A DNA stretch of 64,000 nt from Monocercomonoides exilis PA203 (Eukaryota > Protista > Preaxostyla): positions 868,001-932,000 of the forward strand of contig LSRY02000040.1 in NCBI GenBank assembly GCA_001643675.2, in the 5' to 3' direction. A program made the position numbers and the translations under genes. Below are positions 48,190-62,041 of this stretch, one piece after another (position 1 is the stretch's first letter; each line of letters opens with the position of its first letter). Under the pieces are notes generated by a model. The model made no database searches. It was given only the letters and a program-made list of their open reading frames with translations, and was not told the DNA's origin.

Positions 48190-50300
48190 TTTCTGCACAC
48201 ATTTGAGATCTTCATGAGATGAATTTGAAGCCACTCTCACGTTCCACCTCCATTTCCCTTCGTCCAACACCTCCCCCACAAAGCAACTGGAATTCCCTGT
48301 TTTGAGCGCTTTCTCAGAGAGAGAAGAGAGAAGAATGTGCTTCCCAGGAAGGATAGAAGAACTCGTCGCGGAGAGGAAGAGGAGGAGGAGGGAGAGAGAA
48401 GGAGAGCGAACGAAGGGAAAGAGAAGATGAAAAGGATGATGAAAAGGGGGAAGAAGTTGCTATTGATGAAGATGAAGATGAAGAAAAAGATGTTGATAAA
48501 TTATTTCTTTTTGTTTGGTTAAAAAGAGGAGTAAATGATGTACATAAAGATGGAATTTGTGTGGAAGAAGAATGTGACGAAGAAGAAGACAGTGATGAAA
48601 TACATATTGGAGAAGAAGAAGAAGACGAAGAAGATGATGATGAAATGGGAATAAGTGGATTTCTCTCAACAGAATCAGCTGAATCAGTTAATTTACAGAA
48701 GAAAGGAATAACATCTGAAGAAGAAGAAGAAGAAGAAGAAGAAGAAGAAGAAGATGGTGGTGGTGGTGGTGATGATGATGAAATTTGAAGAGGAGAATGC
48801 ATATTTGTTGATTCATGGATATTCTTTGAGTGCTGAAGAGGAGAAGATAATGAGTTGTTTCGCGAGCGATGAGAAAAAGAAGCAGAACGCGCAGAAATGA
48901 ACGAGGGAGGAGGAGGAGAAGAGAAGAGGAGAGGAATTGGAGAAGAAGAAGAAGAAGAAGAGAAGAAGAAGAAGAAGAAGAAGTTGGAGTTGAAGTTAGA
49001 GGCGGTGATGATGATGAGAAAGAAGAAGATGTTGTATTTGTTGATATCAAATTCTGTTTTTCTGTCAAAACACATTTTTCATGAAGTTCTTCGCTTGTAT
49101 CAAACATGTCAGCGTTTTGCTCAACAACAGTGTTTATTCTTCCATCTTCTTCTTCTCTTCCTCTTTTTCTTTCTCTTTCTTCTCCTTCTCTTTCTTCACC
49201 TTCTCTTCCTTCATCTTCTCTTCCCCCCATCAACATCTTCCTCATCTCCTCCACTTCATATCGCAGTTGATAGTTTTCTCTCCTTATCCCATCCTCTTCA
49301 ACTACCAACCTTCTGTTCTCTTCCCAAAACTTCTTCTTCTCTTCCTCAAATTTCTAGTTTCTCCTCTCTGAATCTCTCAACATCTTCTTCATCTTCATCC
49401 ATTTCATGTCTTTCTCTTCAAGAAGTTCAAGAAGGCTTCGGCATCCTTCACACAAAATACGAGAAAAATCACTTTTATGAAGATATAACACAATTTCTTT
49501 TTCTTTTTCTTTTTCTTTTTCTCTCGCACTTTCTTTATCTTTATCTTCGTTTTCTTTCTTCAGCAATTGAGTATTTTCTTCATCTTTTCTGATAATTTTC
49601 TCTTTCTCTTTCTCTTTCTCCTTCTCCTTCTTTTCCATCTTTTCCATCTTTTCCTTCATTATCTCTTCTTTTTCTAATTTTTCTTCATCCAATTTGAGTT
49701 TCACTTTCTTTTTCACTTCTTTTATTAACGTCAATTCTTCATTCACATATTTCTTTTCTTCAGAAAAAGAAGAAGAAGAAGAAGAAGAAGAAGAAGAAAT
49801 AACATTTTTCTTTCTTTCTTTTTCCCCATTCCATAAGCATCACAAATTCCCTCTTTTTGTTTCTGTCTAAACTTTTCTTCCTTTTCTTCCTTTTCTTCCT
49901 TTTCTTCCTTTTCTTCCTTTTCTTCCTTTTCTTCCTTTTCTTCCTTTTCTTCTTTTTCTTCTTTATCTTCTTTATCTTCTTTCTCTTCTTCATTTTTTCG
50001 TATTTTTTTGTATTTTTCTATTTTTCTGAGCCTCTTCCAATCGGAGAGCCATCAAATGGGCAGAAGAAATAAAATTCCTGTTGAACGAAAAAGGAGAAAG
50101 AAAAGAAGAAGAAGAATTCATAGAAGAAGAAGTTGAAAGAGAAGACGAAGGCAAAGCTGAAGAAGACGAAAGAGAACGATTTCTTGTTTGAATGCGAAGG
50201 AGATTGGAGGAAGAGCAATAGGGAGATTGTGCCTGAAGAGGAGGAGGAGGAAGAGGAGGAGATGGTTGTAGAGAAGAAGAAGAAGAAGAAGAAACATCAA
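48190..50300 (-). pseudogene. Frameshifted coiled-coil/Ser-rich gene remnant (or homopolymer assembly errors)
   Basis: Successive minus-strand ORFs 50018-50218, 49354-49746, 48688-49308 and 48314-49075 with host-like E/K/S composition; includes a (CTTTTCTTC)n repeat at 49872-49950. Confidence 0.5.
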
Positions 50301-50699
50301 TTATTCTTTCTTTCTTTTTTCTCTCTCATGTTTTGTTGAATTGTTTGAAATTGCTTGAGGAAATAAAAGATAGCGTTTTGAAGATAAGGCAAAGATAATG
50401 AAGAAGATGGTTGAGTGCATTTGAAAAGAATAATAGTTCCACTTTCTATCAGCAAAGGTTGGAGTAATTCTTTTCAGAAGGTTATTTCCAAAGAAAAAAT
50501 CATGATTGTGCAAACTTATTGCTCTTCTTTTTGATTTGCATTTCATTATTTTCAGAAGTTTTGAAAAATAGTCTTTCAAACAAAACAATTCAATGGTTTG
50601 CTTTCAATTTTGTGAAATGACAGCTTAAAAAATTAAAATAAAAATAAATATTTTTAAATAAATATTTTTGAATTTCAATGCACAATTCGTTTCATTTCC

Positions 50700-52152
50700 T
50701 TAAGCATTCACAAAATAATCAGAAATATTCAATGATAAGCCATCATAGTATTTTCTGTTCAAAAAATCAAAGATTTTATGAAAACTCTCAATGCAATCTT
50801 CAAATTCTTCTTCCTCCATCTTTTCAAATATCCTTCTTTTCAATTCTTTTCGTTTTGTTTCGTCCGTTTCTTCATCCTCCTTTTCTTTCAATCTTTCTGA
50901 AATGCTCAAAAAGAAAAGCAAGCCATTCCACATAATATCATCATCCAAAGTTGATTGATTCATTTCTTCTGAAAACGCAACTATTGTGCCTTCCTTTAGT
51001 AAAACATCAATTTTCACATTTCTCTTTTCTGCTGCACTTTTTAAAGTAAAAATGCAATCACGGCTTATATCTGGGTAATTATCTCTTGATGCTCGAAACA
51101 CTTGAACAATGCAGCTGATAAGTCCTACAAGTTCTTCATTCCACAATTCGCAGAAGTAAAAGTAATCATAAATTGCATCAAGCCATCTCCAGATTATTTT
51201 CACTTCTTTCACTTCCTTTCCTCTTTCTCCTTTTCTCTTCCAGTCAATACATCTCATCAACTCTTCCAATTCCCTTCTTGCCTCTCTTGTAAAATGCAGC
51301 TCATTCACTATCACTTCTTCCAAGCTTTTGTCGTTGGAAAATCTGTTTATCAAAAAGTTCCAAGCGCGCTGATAGGAAAGCTGAGTGAGGTTGTGATGCT
51401 CCTGATGATATTTGATGATTTCTGTTATCCCGTTCAAATACAGTTCTTGTTTTATTTCCTTATTAAAATCAGAAAAAAATGCAAAGGTATCAAAAAGGAA
51501 ATAGAAGCGAACATACGCAAAATTTGCTAATGTGACTTAAAGCCAGTAAAGCTATTTCCACTTCTTTTTGAGTCTCCTCGTTTTCCTCCTTGTTCAATGC
51601 AACTTTCAGAAGGCAAGGTACGATGTTTGAAAGCAATTCATCAGGAATGCATTTATCGCAAAGCAAAAGATAACATTCGCAAAGATCAACCAAAAGCCTT
51701 TCGTTCTTTTCTTCTATTCTCCTTTCTTCTTCAATTATCATCCCTGGCATTCTTTTACTCAATGATGAATCATCAAAAGAATAACAAAAAAAGCTTTTCA
51801 ATTCCTTGCGATATCCAGCTTGCTTCAACAACAAGATTGCGTTTCTCCAAGATAATGTCTTTTCTTTAATCATTTGGTGTATTTTATTGAATAGTTCTTC
51901 TGTGAAAACAGTTATGAATTCTTCTTCATCCATTTCATTAATAATTTCATTCATTTCCCTGATTTTCTGCATCTGTTCCTCCTCATCGCACTCTTCAAGT
52001 CCATCAAACAATTCTATAATCGGAGTTCAAAAACCAAAAAAAAAATCTTTAAAAACCATTTTTTCCAAATTATTGAGCAAACTTGAAAACTTTTCATTCA
52101 AAGGCATCTCTTTCTTTCTGCAATGAAGCTCATTGTCACAAGACGATTTCAT
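50700..52152 (-). CDS. 3-exon family paralogue 4 (441 aa)
   Basis: join(52083..52152,51517..52013,50700..51458); canonical introns. Confidence 0.88.
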
Positions 52153-52219
52153 CTGTTTTAAAATTTATAACTCTCTATTTGTCAAAACTGGTTTTTATCA
52201 TCAAAATTTGAGATAAACA

Positions 52220-52380
52220 CAAACATTGTTGATTATCTTGCAGTTTTAAAACGATCGCTTTCAAATTGTTTTGTTTTTGCTTTATAAAAAGAAGAGCAAA
52301 AGAAATTGCGAAGGAGCAGCAAGGATTGCTGTATGATGCAAGAAATGAGAATCTTTTGTTTCTTTTTGATCAAACCAAAA
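52220..52380 (-). promoter_or_regulatory. Conserved upstream block of the family
   Basis: Homologous to 6322-6480 and 22963-23122. Confidence 0.55.
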
Positions 52381-52649
52381 GATATTTCAGATGAAGAAAT
52401 AGATTTCGATTTTCTTTCACATTTTGTTAGTTGAGTTCGTTTTTTATTGGTATGAAATTGGGTATGCTTGTTACACAGAAATTGAGATTTTCAGAAAAAA
52501 AAAAGAAAAAAAGCAATTTAATTTCATAATAGAATATCATTTTTCGACTGTTTTCAAACAATGTTCAGATTGATAATAATGACTACAAATAATTGCATGC
52601 TCAATGAATTCTATTTTATTATTTTCTTATTTTTCAATTTTCAGTTTTC

Positions 52650-55600
52650 ATTCAAGATGATTCATCAGATTTGTGAAGGAAAAAAAAAGGCGAAAAACCA
52701 AAAAATATGAAAGAAATTGTCGACTCAATTCGAAAATCAGTCAAACAGCAGAAGAACATGGCAAAATGGTTTTGAAGCGAAATGAGCAAATAATGAAAAT
52801 TCTTGAAGGTTCATCTTTAACATCAAGGATAGCAGGACAAATGATTGATGGAAAACTAACAATGAATAAAGATGACATTTTTCTTTTGTTTTCATCAAAC
52901 ACTTTGGGAAATCAAAAATCCTTATGACTTGGATTGAAAGGAGATCAGATGAGAAATGTTGTGAAGGCAGCTGTTCCATGAGAAGCATTCATGAAGCATT
53001 TCAATTCAACAACACCTTCAATAGTTCATCAAAACTCCAGAAGAAATGAATCAGAGAGTTCTGCTGCTAAGCCAAATGAATGAAGAGAGCTAAAGGGAAA
53101 TCGTGTTCTTTGTCTGAATTCCATTTTGCACACACTTTTCTCTTTTTTGGAGCAAGCCAGAAACTCTTCATTGGACTTCAATGGCTAATGAGAATGAATG
53201 GATATCCCTTTTTGAATCTCTCTTCAACCCTGCCTTTTTCTCTTTTTCCTCAGCGAAAAACACACTCAGTGAAAGAAGAAACACCTGTCTCTTCACTCAT
53301 TTCTCATCTGACATTCTCAGGATGTTTCATCTTCTGCATTGGCTTCTCTGCAAAAAACATCTCTTGTCAAATCATCCTCCTTTGTGGTTGCTGAACATGC
53401 TGAAATGACACGATAAACAACAACAGCAAGTTCAGTGGTGATTGAAAGACAGTTGAGCAGGCTTTGGGTGAATCAAAAGAAAGAAGTCTTTTTTGATGTG
53501 TTTTTTGAATTCTGTATGAAATGATGATGATTGTCCGAAGAATTTCTCCTCATCATCAATTTCTTTCTTTTTCTTCCTCTCCTTTCCAAACAATCTTCCT
53601 CATTGCTTCTACTTTCTTCGCTTGGATTTCTTGAAACCTGTTAACCAAATTGTTTTTTGGATACTGTTGCCTTCCTTGTTGGGTCATCCAAATAAGGAGG
53701 AGAAAAAGAAAAAGAAAAAGAAGAACATTTCGAAACAATTGTTGTTGATGAAGAAGGAGAAAAGAAATATGAATTTCATCTGTTTTGAATGTTCAGCTTG
53801 AATGAAGAAGAAGAAACAGAAAAGGACTTCCTTTGTCTTTTTTCTTTCTTCTTCATTGTTTCCTTCAAAACAAAATTATAAAATCTCATTTAAAGATTTT
53901 AGAAAGAATAACATCGCTCCCCCAATTTTCAGAGGAAGAAAAAAATATATTATTTAATATTCTCACATTTTGTTTAATGTAGACAGTGATGCAAAAGAAG
54001 AGGAAGACGTTAATGTTAATGTTGAAGCCTGTGTCAATCTGTCTGAATGAAGTGCAAATATGACATTTTTTTCGAATAAATACCTTCATTCGTAACATTC
54101 TCTTATTTTTCTTCCTTCTTTCTCAGCTCGTTTCTGCCTTCATCTCAGATTCTCCCTTTCTCTTTGATTCATTCATAACAACCATCTCCGTTCATTCAAC
54201 GTCCCATTCTCCTCTTTTCTTCAATGCAAACATTCCACGTTGTTCATCTCATTATCAGATTTGTCTTTCCTCTTCCAAATGAGCAATCGCACATTCAACA
54301 TCCAACAACTCATCCATTTTGTGTGCTCTTGAGACAGAGTTTTATTCCATTCTGTCTGAAATATGGTTATCGTCTGTTGATTGATCAAAACTCACCAATG
54401 GCTTGGTTCTGTTGATTTTGCACTTTCATTCTTTGAGGATGCTCAGATGAAATGAATGAAGCTGTTTCTTCGAAGAAACAAGAAACATCATTGAAGATGG
54501 TTGTGTGTTGTCTGATCGTGTGCAAACTGTTTGGCTTGATGAAGTGCATCAATTGCCAAAATTCAACAGAAATGTGGAAGAAGAAGATGTTTGTCACAAA
54601 TGAAATGAAATGAGTCACAAGAACTCTTCACTGGAAGATGAATGGCAAAGGCGAGGAAGAAGTCTCGTTGTGAACAAATGGTCTTTCATTTGACCACGTT
54701 GCATAAGGAAAAAGCAATGAGCGAAAGAACTGAATGTGATAAAGAAAAAAAAAATGGCTTTCATTCAAGATGGTGAGTTAAAAAAAGGGAGAGTTGCATT
54801 GTTGAGTGGTTGAAAATAAGAAGCAGTTCTTCATTAAAAAAAACGCCCAATCCAATCAATCGAATTGAACAAAAAAGGGAAATGAGGTACTTTTATAAAC
54901 ATCATACACGTTATTTGAATCCCAATAAGCAACAAAAAACTTGTCAAACTCGCTCCATGTTGCAACATGAGAATATGATGGTGATTGCATTCGGCCTTTT
55001 TGTTCAACAATTCCCTTTCACGAAGCAATTGTTCTTCTCTTCTGCCAAGATATTAAAAAATATCGTCAATGAATATTTCAAAAAAGAGTGAGAAAAAATC
55101 ACATAATCTGCGAAAATGCTGCTTGATATGGATTGTTCCAGAAAATGATGCACAACATGAAAAAAAAGCTGTTCTTTGAAATGGAAGTGAAAAGACATAA
55201 AATAAAAATAATTGGTTTTGCATTTTTAATGAAAACTCTTCAAAAAAACACACATGCCCTTTCTATAGCAAATGGAGAAGATTGTTCAATCACTGATGCT
55301 GTCAATCTCCTTTTCCATTGTTTCCCAGTGCTCCTTTCTCCATCATCCATTTTCCCCCACATAAATGTCCTGCTTTTGATATTTCCATCCACGTTTTTTT
55401 CTGAAAAAAATATCACCGAATTTAATTCTTTCCAAGTGCTGTCCAATTGTTGGCATTCTTTTTTTTTTTTTTTTTTCTAGTCCAATTGCTTTGAAATCAA
55501 ATTTGTTTTCATCAACTGCTCCAAATGAAAACAAAAAAATATGCATTTCCCATCTGATGGTCGTTTCTTACCATCCAACTCGCTTCTCATGTTCAGCTCA

Positions 55601-56000
55601 GAAAAATAAAGGAATGAACATTTATGTTATTAATAAGATTCTTGGGCTCTGAAAAAATGATTTATAAAAATATCTTCTCAATGAACAAGAGCTGTAAAAA
55701 AGCAAACGCTTAAAACATTTTCTTTCAACTACCGAACTGCTGCATTTCCTTCCATGATTTTTTTTTTTTAAAAATCATCTCTCTCAATTCCATCATTAAT
55801 TCCCAGCTGTCGCTGTCTCATTCGACCATGCAAAATAATATCCCATATTCCAAAAGATATATTTATTGAGAAACTCTCATCTTGTGAAAAAGAATTTCCA
55901 TTAGTGTTCAAAGATAAGAGTCTGATCAAAGAATCCATAACAACAACAAACCAACAAGGATAAAGTGTTCTTTTTCTCTGCAATACCTTGCCAAAAGTTC
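52650..56000 (-). pseudogene. Heavily decayed transposon-like region, possibly a MULE transposase
   Basis: Minus-strand fragment IFQTEWNKTLSQEHTKWMSCW...MNNVECLH (~54220-54365) resembles the MULE YF..W..W..TNN.E..H segment. The rest is fragmented and the boundaries are uncertain. Confidence 0.3.
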
Positions 56001-56157
56001 TTGCAAAAAAAAGAGTGGAATGAGGAAAGGCATTTTACAGATTGTTTTGAAAATATTATATTTGTTATTATTTCTCTACCTCGATTATTCTTTTCATTTG
56101 GATTGATAAAAATGTTGATGTCTTCCGAATGATGCGTTTTGCAAAAAGTCGAAGAAA

Positions 56158-57572
56158 ATGAGCGTCACCGAAAAGTTCACTGGTTTGCATCCATTGTTGC
56201 GTTTTAATTTTTGGGAATTGCATTTCTATCTTTCTTTATAATTTTGAAGCATTGTTTGATGGACTTGGAGAGTGCGATGAGGAGGAACAAGTGCAGAAAA
56301 TAGAGGAAATGAATGAAATGATCAATGAAATGAATGAAGGAGAATTCAAATCAGTTTTCACAGAAGAACTGTTCGATAAAATTCTCCAAATGATTGAAAA
56401 AAATTCATTGTCATTGGAAAAGGCAATTGTGCTGTTGAAGCATGTTGGTTCTTGCAAGGAATTGAAAAGCTTTTTTTGTTATTCTTTTGATAAATCATCG
56501 TTGAGCAAAAAAATGCCATCGATGATAATTGATGAAAATGAAAAGATAAAGGATGAAAAGGATGAAATGCTTCTTATTGAACTGTGTGAATGCTTTGCTT
56601 GGCTGAATGAAGATTTTATTTCAAAGGAATTGTTTTCAGTCATTGTTCCTCGCCTTCTGAAAGTTGCCTCGAAGAAAGAAGAAAACGAGGAAACTCAAAA
56701 AGAAGTGGAAATGGCTTTGCTGGCTTTTAGTCACATTAGCCAATTTTGCGTATGTTCGCTTCTATTTCCTTTTTGATATAATTGATTTTTTTCCCTTGTT
56801 TTTTGATTAGGATGTTCCAAAAGAACTGTATTTGAGTGAACTCAAAGAAATCATCAAATATCACCAGGAACATTCCAGCCTGACGCATCTTATCTATCAG
56901 TATATTTGGCAGTTTTTGATTTATAGATTTTCCAACGACGAAAGTTTGGAAAAAATGATTGTGAATGAACTGCATTTTGTGGGGGAAGCAAGAAGAGAAT
57001 TAGAAGAGCTTTCAAAATGCATCGACTGGAAGAGAAAAGAAGAAGGAGGAGTTAAAGAAGTGAAAGAAGTGAAAATAATTGGGAGATGGCTTCTTGTTAT
57101 TGATGATTTCTTAAACTGGTGCAGATCATGGAACGAAGAACTTGCTGGACTTATCAGCTGCATTGCTCAGGTGTTTCGAGCATCAAGAGATAATCTCAAA
57201 GATATTCGCAATGGATGCCTTTCTTCATTAAGAAGAGCAGTGGAAAAGAGAAATGTGAAAATTGATGACTTTTTGAAAAGTGGAGTTATTGATCTCTATT
57301 TGGAGGAAATGAAGCAATCAACTTTGGATGATAAAATTATGTCTGATTGCTTGTATTTCTTTTTGAATATTTCAAAAAGATTGAAAGAAAAGGAGGATGA
57401 TGAAGATGAAAAAGGAAAAAGGAAAGAAATGAAAAGAAAGATATTTGATAAGATGGAAGAAGAAGGATACGTAGATTTCATCGAAAGTTTTCGTGAAATG
57501 ATTGATTTTTTGAACAAAAATGGTTATCGTGAATTATCAAAAAATACTTCTGATTATTTTGTGAATATTTAA
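56158..57572 (+). CDS. 3-exon family paralogue 5 (428 aa)
   Basis: join(56158..56182,56250..56749,56811..57572); canonical introns; start MSVTEKFT. Confidence 0.85.
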
Positions 57573-58462
57573 CCAAATTCTTTTCAATAAAAATAGAAAC
57601 TCCAAAATTACTACTTTTTCATTTATGTTCTTGCACAAAATGGAGAACATTCATTTTAGGCTTTTCAATATCCATTTTTTTTATAACTTCAAAATGATGA
57701 AGTGAAGATGTGAAAGCAAAGCAAAGATTTGAAACAATAATTTTTCGTATCTTCTCAATTTTATTTATTTCTTTTTTGGAAATATTCATAGAATGGATTT
57801 TTTTATGTGGTCTTTGTCAAAAAGACCCTTTTTGAAATAAAACTGCCTTATCTATAATTTCCAAATGCCTTTCCTCCTATTCAATTGCAATTCTGGTAAA
57901 GTGGAACTTATTGGGTCCGAAAATTCTCATAGAAATCATCTTGAATTATTTCTTAAATATACTTCATTGTTAAAAATTCGATTAATAAATGAACAATTAA
58001 GTTTCAGCAATTAACAAATTTGTTGTGAATTTCAGTTTCATTACCAAAAATTTAACCAGAATTTTTGAATATTTGTCGAAACATAATAATTTTTCTTCAT
58101 TCTCCCGTATTTACTTCTTAATTTAACTTTAATCAAAAAATCTTCAAATAAAATTGTTTTTGAAAACAGAATCTGTATATATTTCCTCATCTAAAAAGTT
58201 TTCTTTTCAATATCCAGAAAAAATTTTTGTATGGATCTGTTCCACGATTTGAGTGGCAATGATTTAAAAATAATGTTCTGATAGGATTTTTCAATAAAAA
58301 TCATAATTTTTCAGAACAAAAAATATCATTCGATGAATGATGATATTCAAATATGTCAGAATTTGGTGAAATATTGATTATTATTCACAATGAAAATCGG
58401 AAACCAATATGTTGCATCTTACCCAGTCTGTTTCCAATTATTATTGGAATTAATATTATTAG

Positions 58463-58730
58463 TAGGGGGACCGTTCTTTCAAGCTTTTTTTGTGCAAGGT
58501 TTTGATAAATTGCTTCACTCATAGCTTTATTTCACTTTATTAGATTTTAAAATAAATCTGATTTTATATCCTTAAACATGCATCGTTGAAATCAAAACAT
58601 AAAGTTTTCCAACATTTCACTAATATCAAAAAATGTTCCTTCATTTATAATGTTTTTTGATCTCAAAAAGTCAATGAAAAGTGCATAATTTCTCAATGAA
58701 AATGCTTGAAGTTAAATATTTTGTCCCATG
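58463..58730. repeat. Second copy of the MITE-like unit at 14221-14496
   Basis: tttttgatctcaaaaagtcaatgaaaagtgcataatttctcaatgaaaatgcttgaagttaaatattttgtccca matches 14420-14493. Confidence 0.7.
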
Positions 58731-59872
58731 TGCTTATTATAAAATAAAAAAAATCATTTCCCAACTGCTACAAAATAGACCGATGCCATTCCGTGATAAA
58801 AACTCGCAACAGCAATCAGTCAAGAAAACACGAACGAAACATTGATCGAAAAATAAAAGTTTCGAGTTTTCGAACAGTTTTTTAGAGATCGTTTTCAAAA
58901 AATATTTTTCTGAGTGCAGCTTTATTTTATATGTTTATTGTTCTTATGTTATGAAACAGATTTATGAGCTTTAATGAAATGAAGATGATGAATACAATTT
59001 TTGGTTTCAATAAAAATACTGGTACCAATATAAATACTCACTTACGAAAATCTGTCATTTCACATATTGGAAAAAACAAGAGCAGGAATCGTAGTTGTGG
59101 CTTGATATTCAGTAGGCTATCCATAAATGCGAAAATAACATCAAGTGCAATCTGTTTTCAAGAAAGAAAAAAATAAGATTAACTCCAAAATAAGTTTTTG
59201 CTCCAATTTGTTGCATTTTTTGGAAGCTTCTTTTATTTTGATTTTCAAATTTTATTTTTCGAATCTGAATGAAAAAAAATGAGCATCAAAACGAGTCTAA
59301 TATTCTTTGAAACAAAAACTTTCAGAACCGAAGCATCGACAACAAAAAGTCTCAAATCATTATAAAAGAATTTACAGACCAATTACATAATAATAACACA
59401 CTCAAAGATCAAACAAGCATTCTCAATCATCTCATTTTCTGATGAGAAAATGCACGCCAAAAAGATACATCATTTTTAACAAATTTGACAAAAGCAGACA
59501 ATCTTCAAAATGAATGAGCAAAAACATCAACACTTTTGCCACAATCAAAAATTCATATTTCTGAATAACAAAAAATCATGAATGTGGAACCTGTCAAACA
59601 TTACAGCTGTACAGTTTTCACTTTATCTTTGACCAAGCCAGAAATAAAATTTATCTTCACAAGCAATTCAAACCAAATCAAATATAGTGAAACAAAAATT
59701 ATCAAAAAACAAATCTTTCCATTTCCCCCACTTATTTTTCATTTTGTGCTTTTCATTTTTTTGAAAAAAATTTATTTTTTTAGATTTTTATTTTTTATTT
59801 CCCAAGATATCCATCGATCAATCCTCCATCAAGACGAAAAATCGAATGTTTGCGTTCAAATACAAATGCCTT

Positions 59873-62005
59873 CTAAACATTAGCCAGCAACCACTTCTCC
59901 TCCACTGCATATCTCACTGCCGACGCAAACTCCAGCGCCAAATCCAAACATCCAAACTTCACCACGAAAAACTGCTTCTCATCGCTCCCAAACTCCACAT
60001 AATTCACTCTCACACACAGCTCGTCTCCTTTCACTCCCTCAACAGCACAATGCGTACAACATAACTTCTTCCCTGCTTTTCCTTCTCCTGTCAATCCCCC
60101 TTTCTTTTCATTCTGCTCTTTTCTGCTCTTTTCTCCTCCATTCACTGTGGATGAACCTTTCTCCGATTCAGCTTCTCCTTCTCCTTCTCCTTCTGCTTCT
60201 GCTTCTGCTTCCAAGCATGCCTTTTCATAGGCGACAAGTGAAGAAATGGAGTATGACGCATCGACTGAGGCAAAGAGACGGTCATCGCTGCTGAGAGCAG
60301 ACTTCAGAGAGGAAATGGAGTTCAGAAGAGCATTTGATGAGGTAGATGCAGACTTTGATGATGAAAATGAGGAGGTAGAGGAAGAAGAAGAAGATAATGA
60401 TGATGAAGCAGAAGCAGAAACAGAAGCAGTGGAATTCGAATGAGGTCCGAATCTTTTCTGAGAGGTGAAGTGTTCGGCAATGCGGAATCTGGAGACGGTG
60501 ATGATGTGTCTTGTCCACTCAGCCCCCTTCCCGTCCACCGAGTGGAAGCACATGCACTGGAAGAACGGCCTCTCTCCAAAGGGAAGCGTAAACCGCACGG
60601 GAATGCCCCTCACCAGCGGCTTCATCCGCATTAGAAGAGGGATCTCGTGTCCAGACACTTCGGCCTCTTCCTCCCTCTCCACACACCAGTTGTAGATGCT
60701 CAGCTCAGCAGAGCTGTCCACATATGCTGGCACAAAAGAAGAGGAAGAGGAAGAGGAAGAGAAGGAGGAAGCAGATGAAGGAGGAGAAGAAGAAGAATCA
60801 TTGGTGATGGGAACTCTGCCTGAAATGACAGAAGAAGGCAGATTGCACATGGAACATAAAGGAATAGCAGTGTTTGGAGAGACAGCGTAGCAGAGAGAAA
60901 GAGGAGAAGAAGGAAGAGAAGCCTTCACAGCAGACGAGGCGATGTCCATGAGGGCGTTGCGTATGCGAGTCATGCGATAGACAGAAGCAGTGGAAAAGCT
61001 GAGTAAAGGAGCTGAAGGATCAGCAGTAGAAATGCCGATGATTTGGCAGCTGCATCGGAAGGGGTGGACAAAGTGGAGTTTGGAGATGTGTCTGTTGTCG
61101 ATGCAGCAGAGGAGGCGCAGACGAGAGGCAGAAGAAAGATAGAGAGAGGAGAAGGAGAGGGAGAGGGAAGAAGAGGAAGAGGAAGAGGAAATGGAAGAAA
61201 AAGAAGAAGATGACGATGATGAAGGTGACTGTGATGATAAAGTGGAAAACGGTTGGGAAGATAAGACATTCCAGTTTTTGTTGTGCATGAAGATGGCTGA
61301 GTGCTTTGCGGCTTCAGTCATTTCTGCCTCACCCAATGCAAGTGGATGTGTCTTCAGCTCTTTCTTCCACTCGTTCATCATCTCCACCTCCAGCTTCGTG
61401 GCTGAAGGAGGCAGATATTCCCTTTCCAGGTCGATTCCGTTCTCAAACACCCCAATCATCACCTTCTCCGCTGTGATCTTGTCCTTCATCTCTTCCGTCA
61501 TGTTGTTCCGCTTTGCCATTTTGCCTGCTCCCATGTTCCCTTTCTGGCTCAATCCAGACTCTGCCTGCGAAGCCATTGAAGGAATAGGAGATGTCTTGTT
61601 CGATTCTTCCACCCCTTTCTCTCCGCCTTGTTTCTGCTGCATCTTCAGCTGTTGTCTCTCTCTCCTTGCGCTCCCAGGCATCAGCAGCTTGATCTGCCCT
61701 TTCTCCTTCGCATTCTTCGGGTAAGTGTCCGCCAGCTGGAAGAAGAGGGTGTGTGTGGTGGTGATGGCACAGAAGCCAAACAGCATCTGCTTGTTGAGAC
61801 AGACCACGCCGAAGGAGCTGGCGAGGAGGTGGCTGCGAAGGAGGATGAGGGAAATGGGAGAGAGTGAAGAGGAAGGAGAAGGAGAAGGAGAAGAAGAAGA
61901 AGAAGAAGAAGAAAGGGAAGCCTGAGAATGTTCATTTGGCAAAGGAGTAGGAGGAAGAGGGATTGGTGGTGGTGATAATGGAGAAAGAGAATGAGAAGAA
62001 GAATG

Positions 62006-62041
<36 letters not shown>

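Noticed and set aside
58035-58370. Another degenerate palindrome centred near 58247
   Set aside because: The matches are too short and AT-rich to separate from chance by eye.
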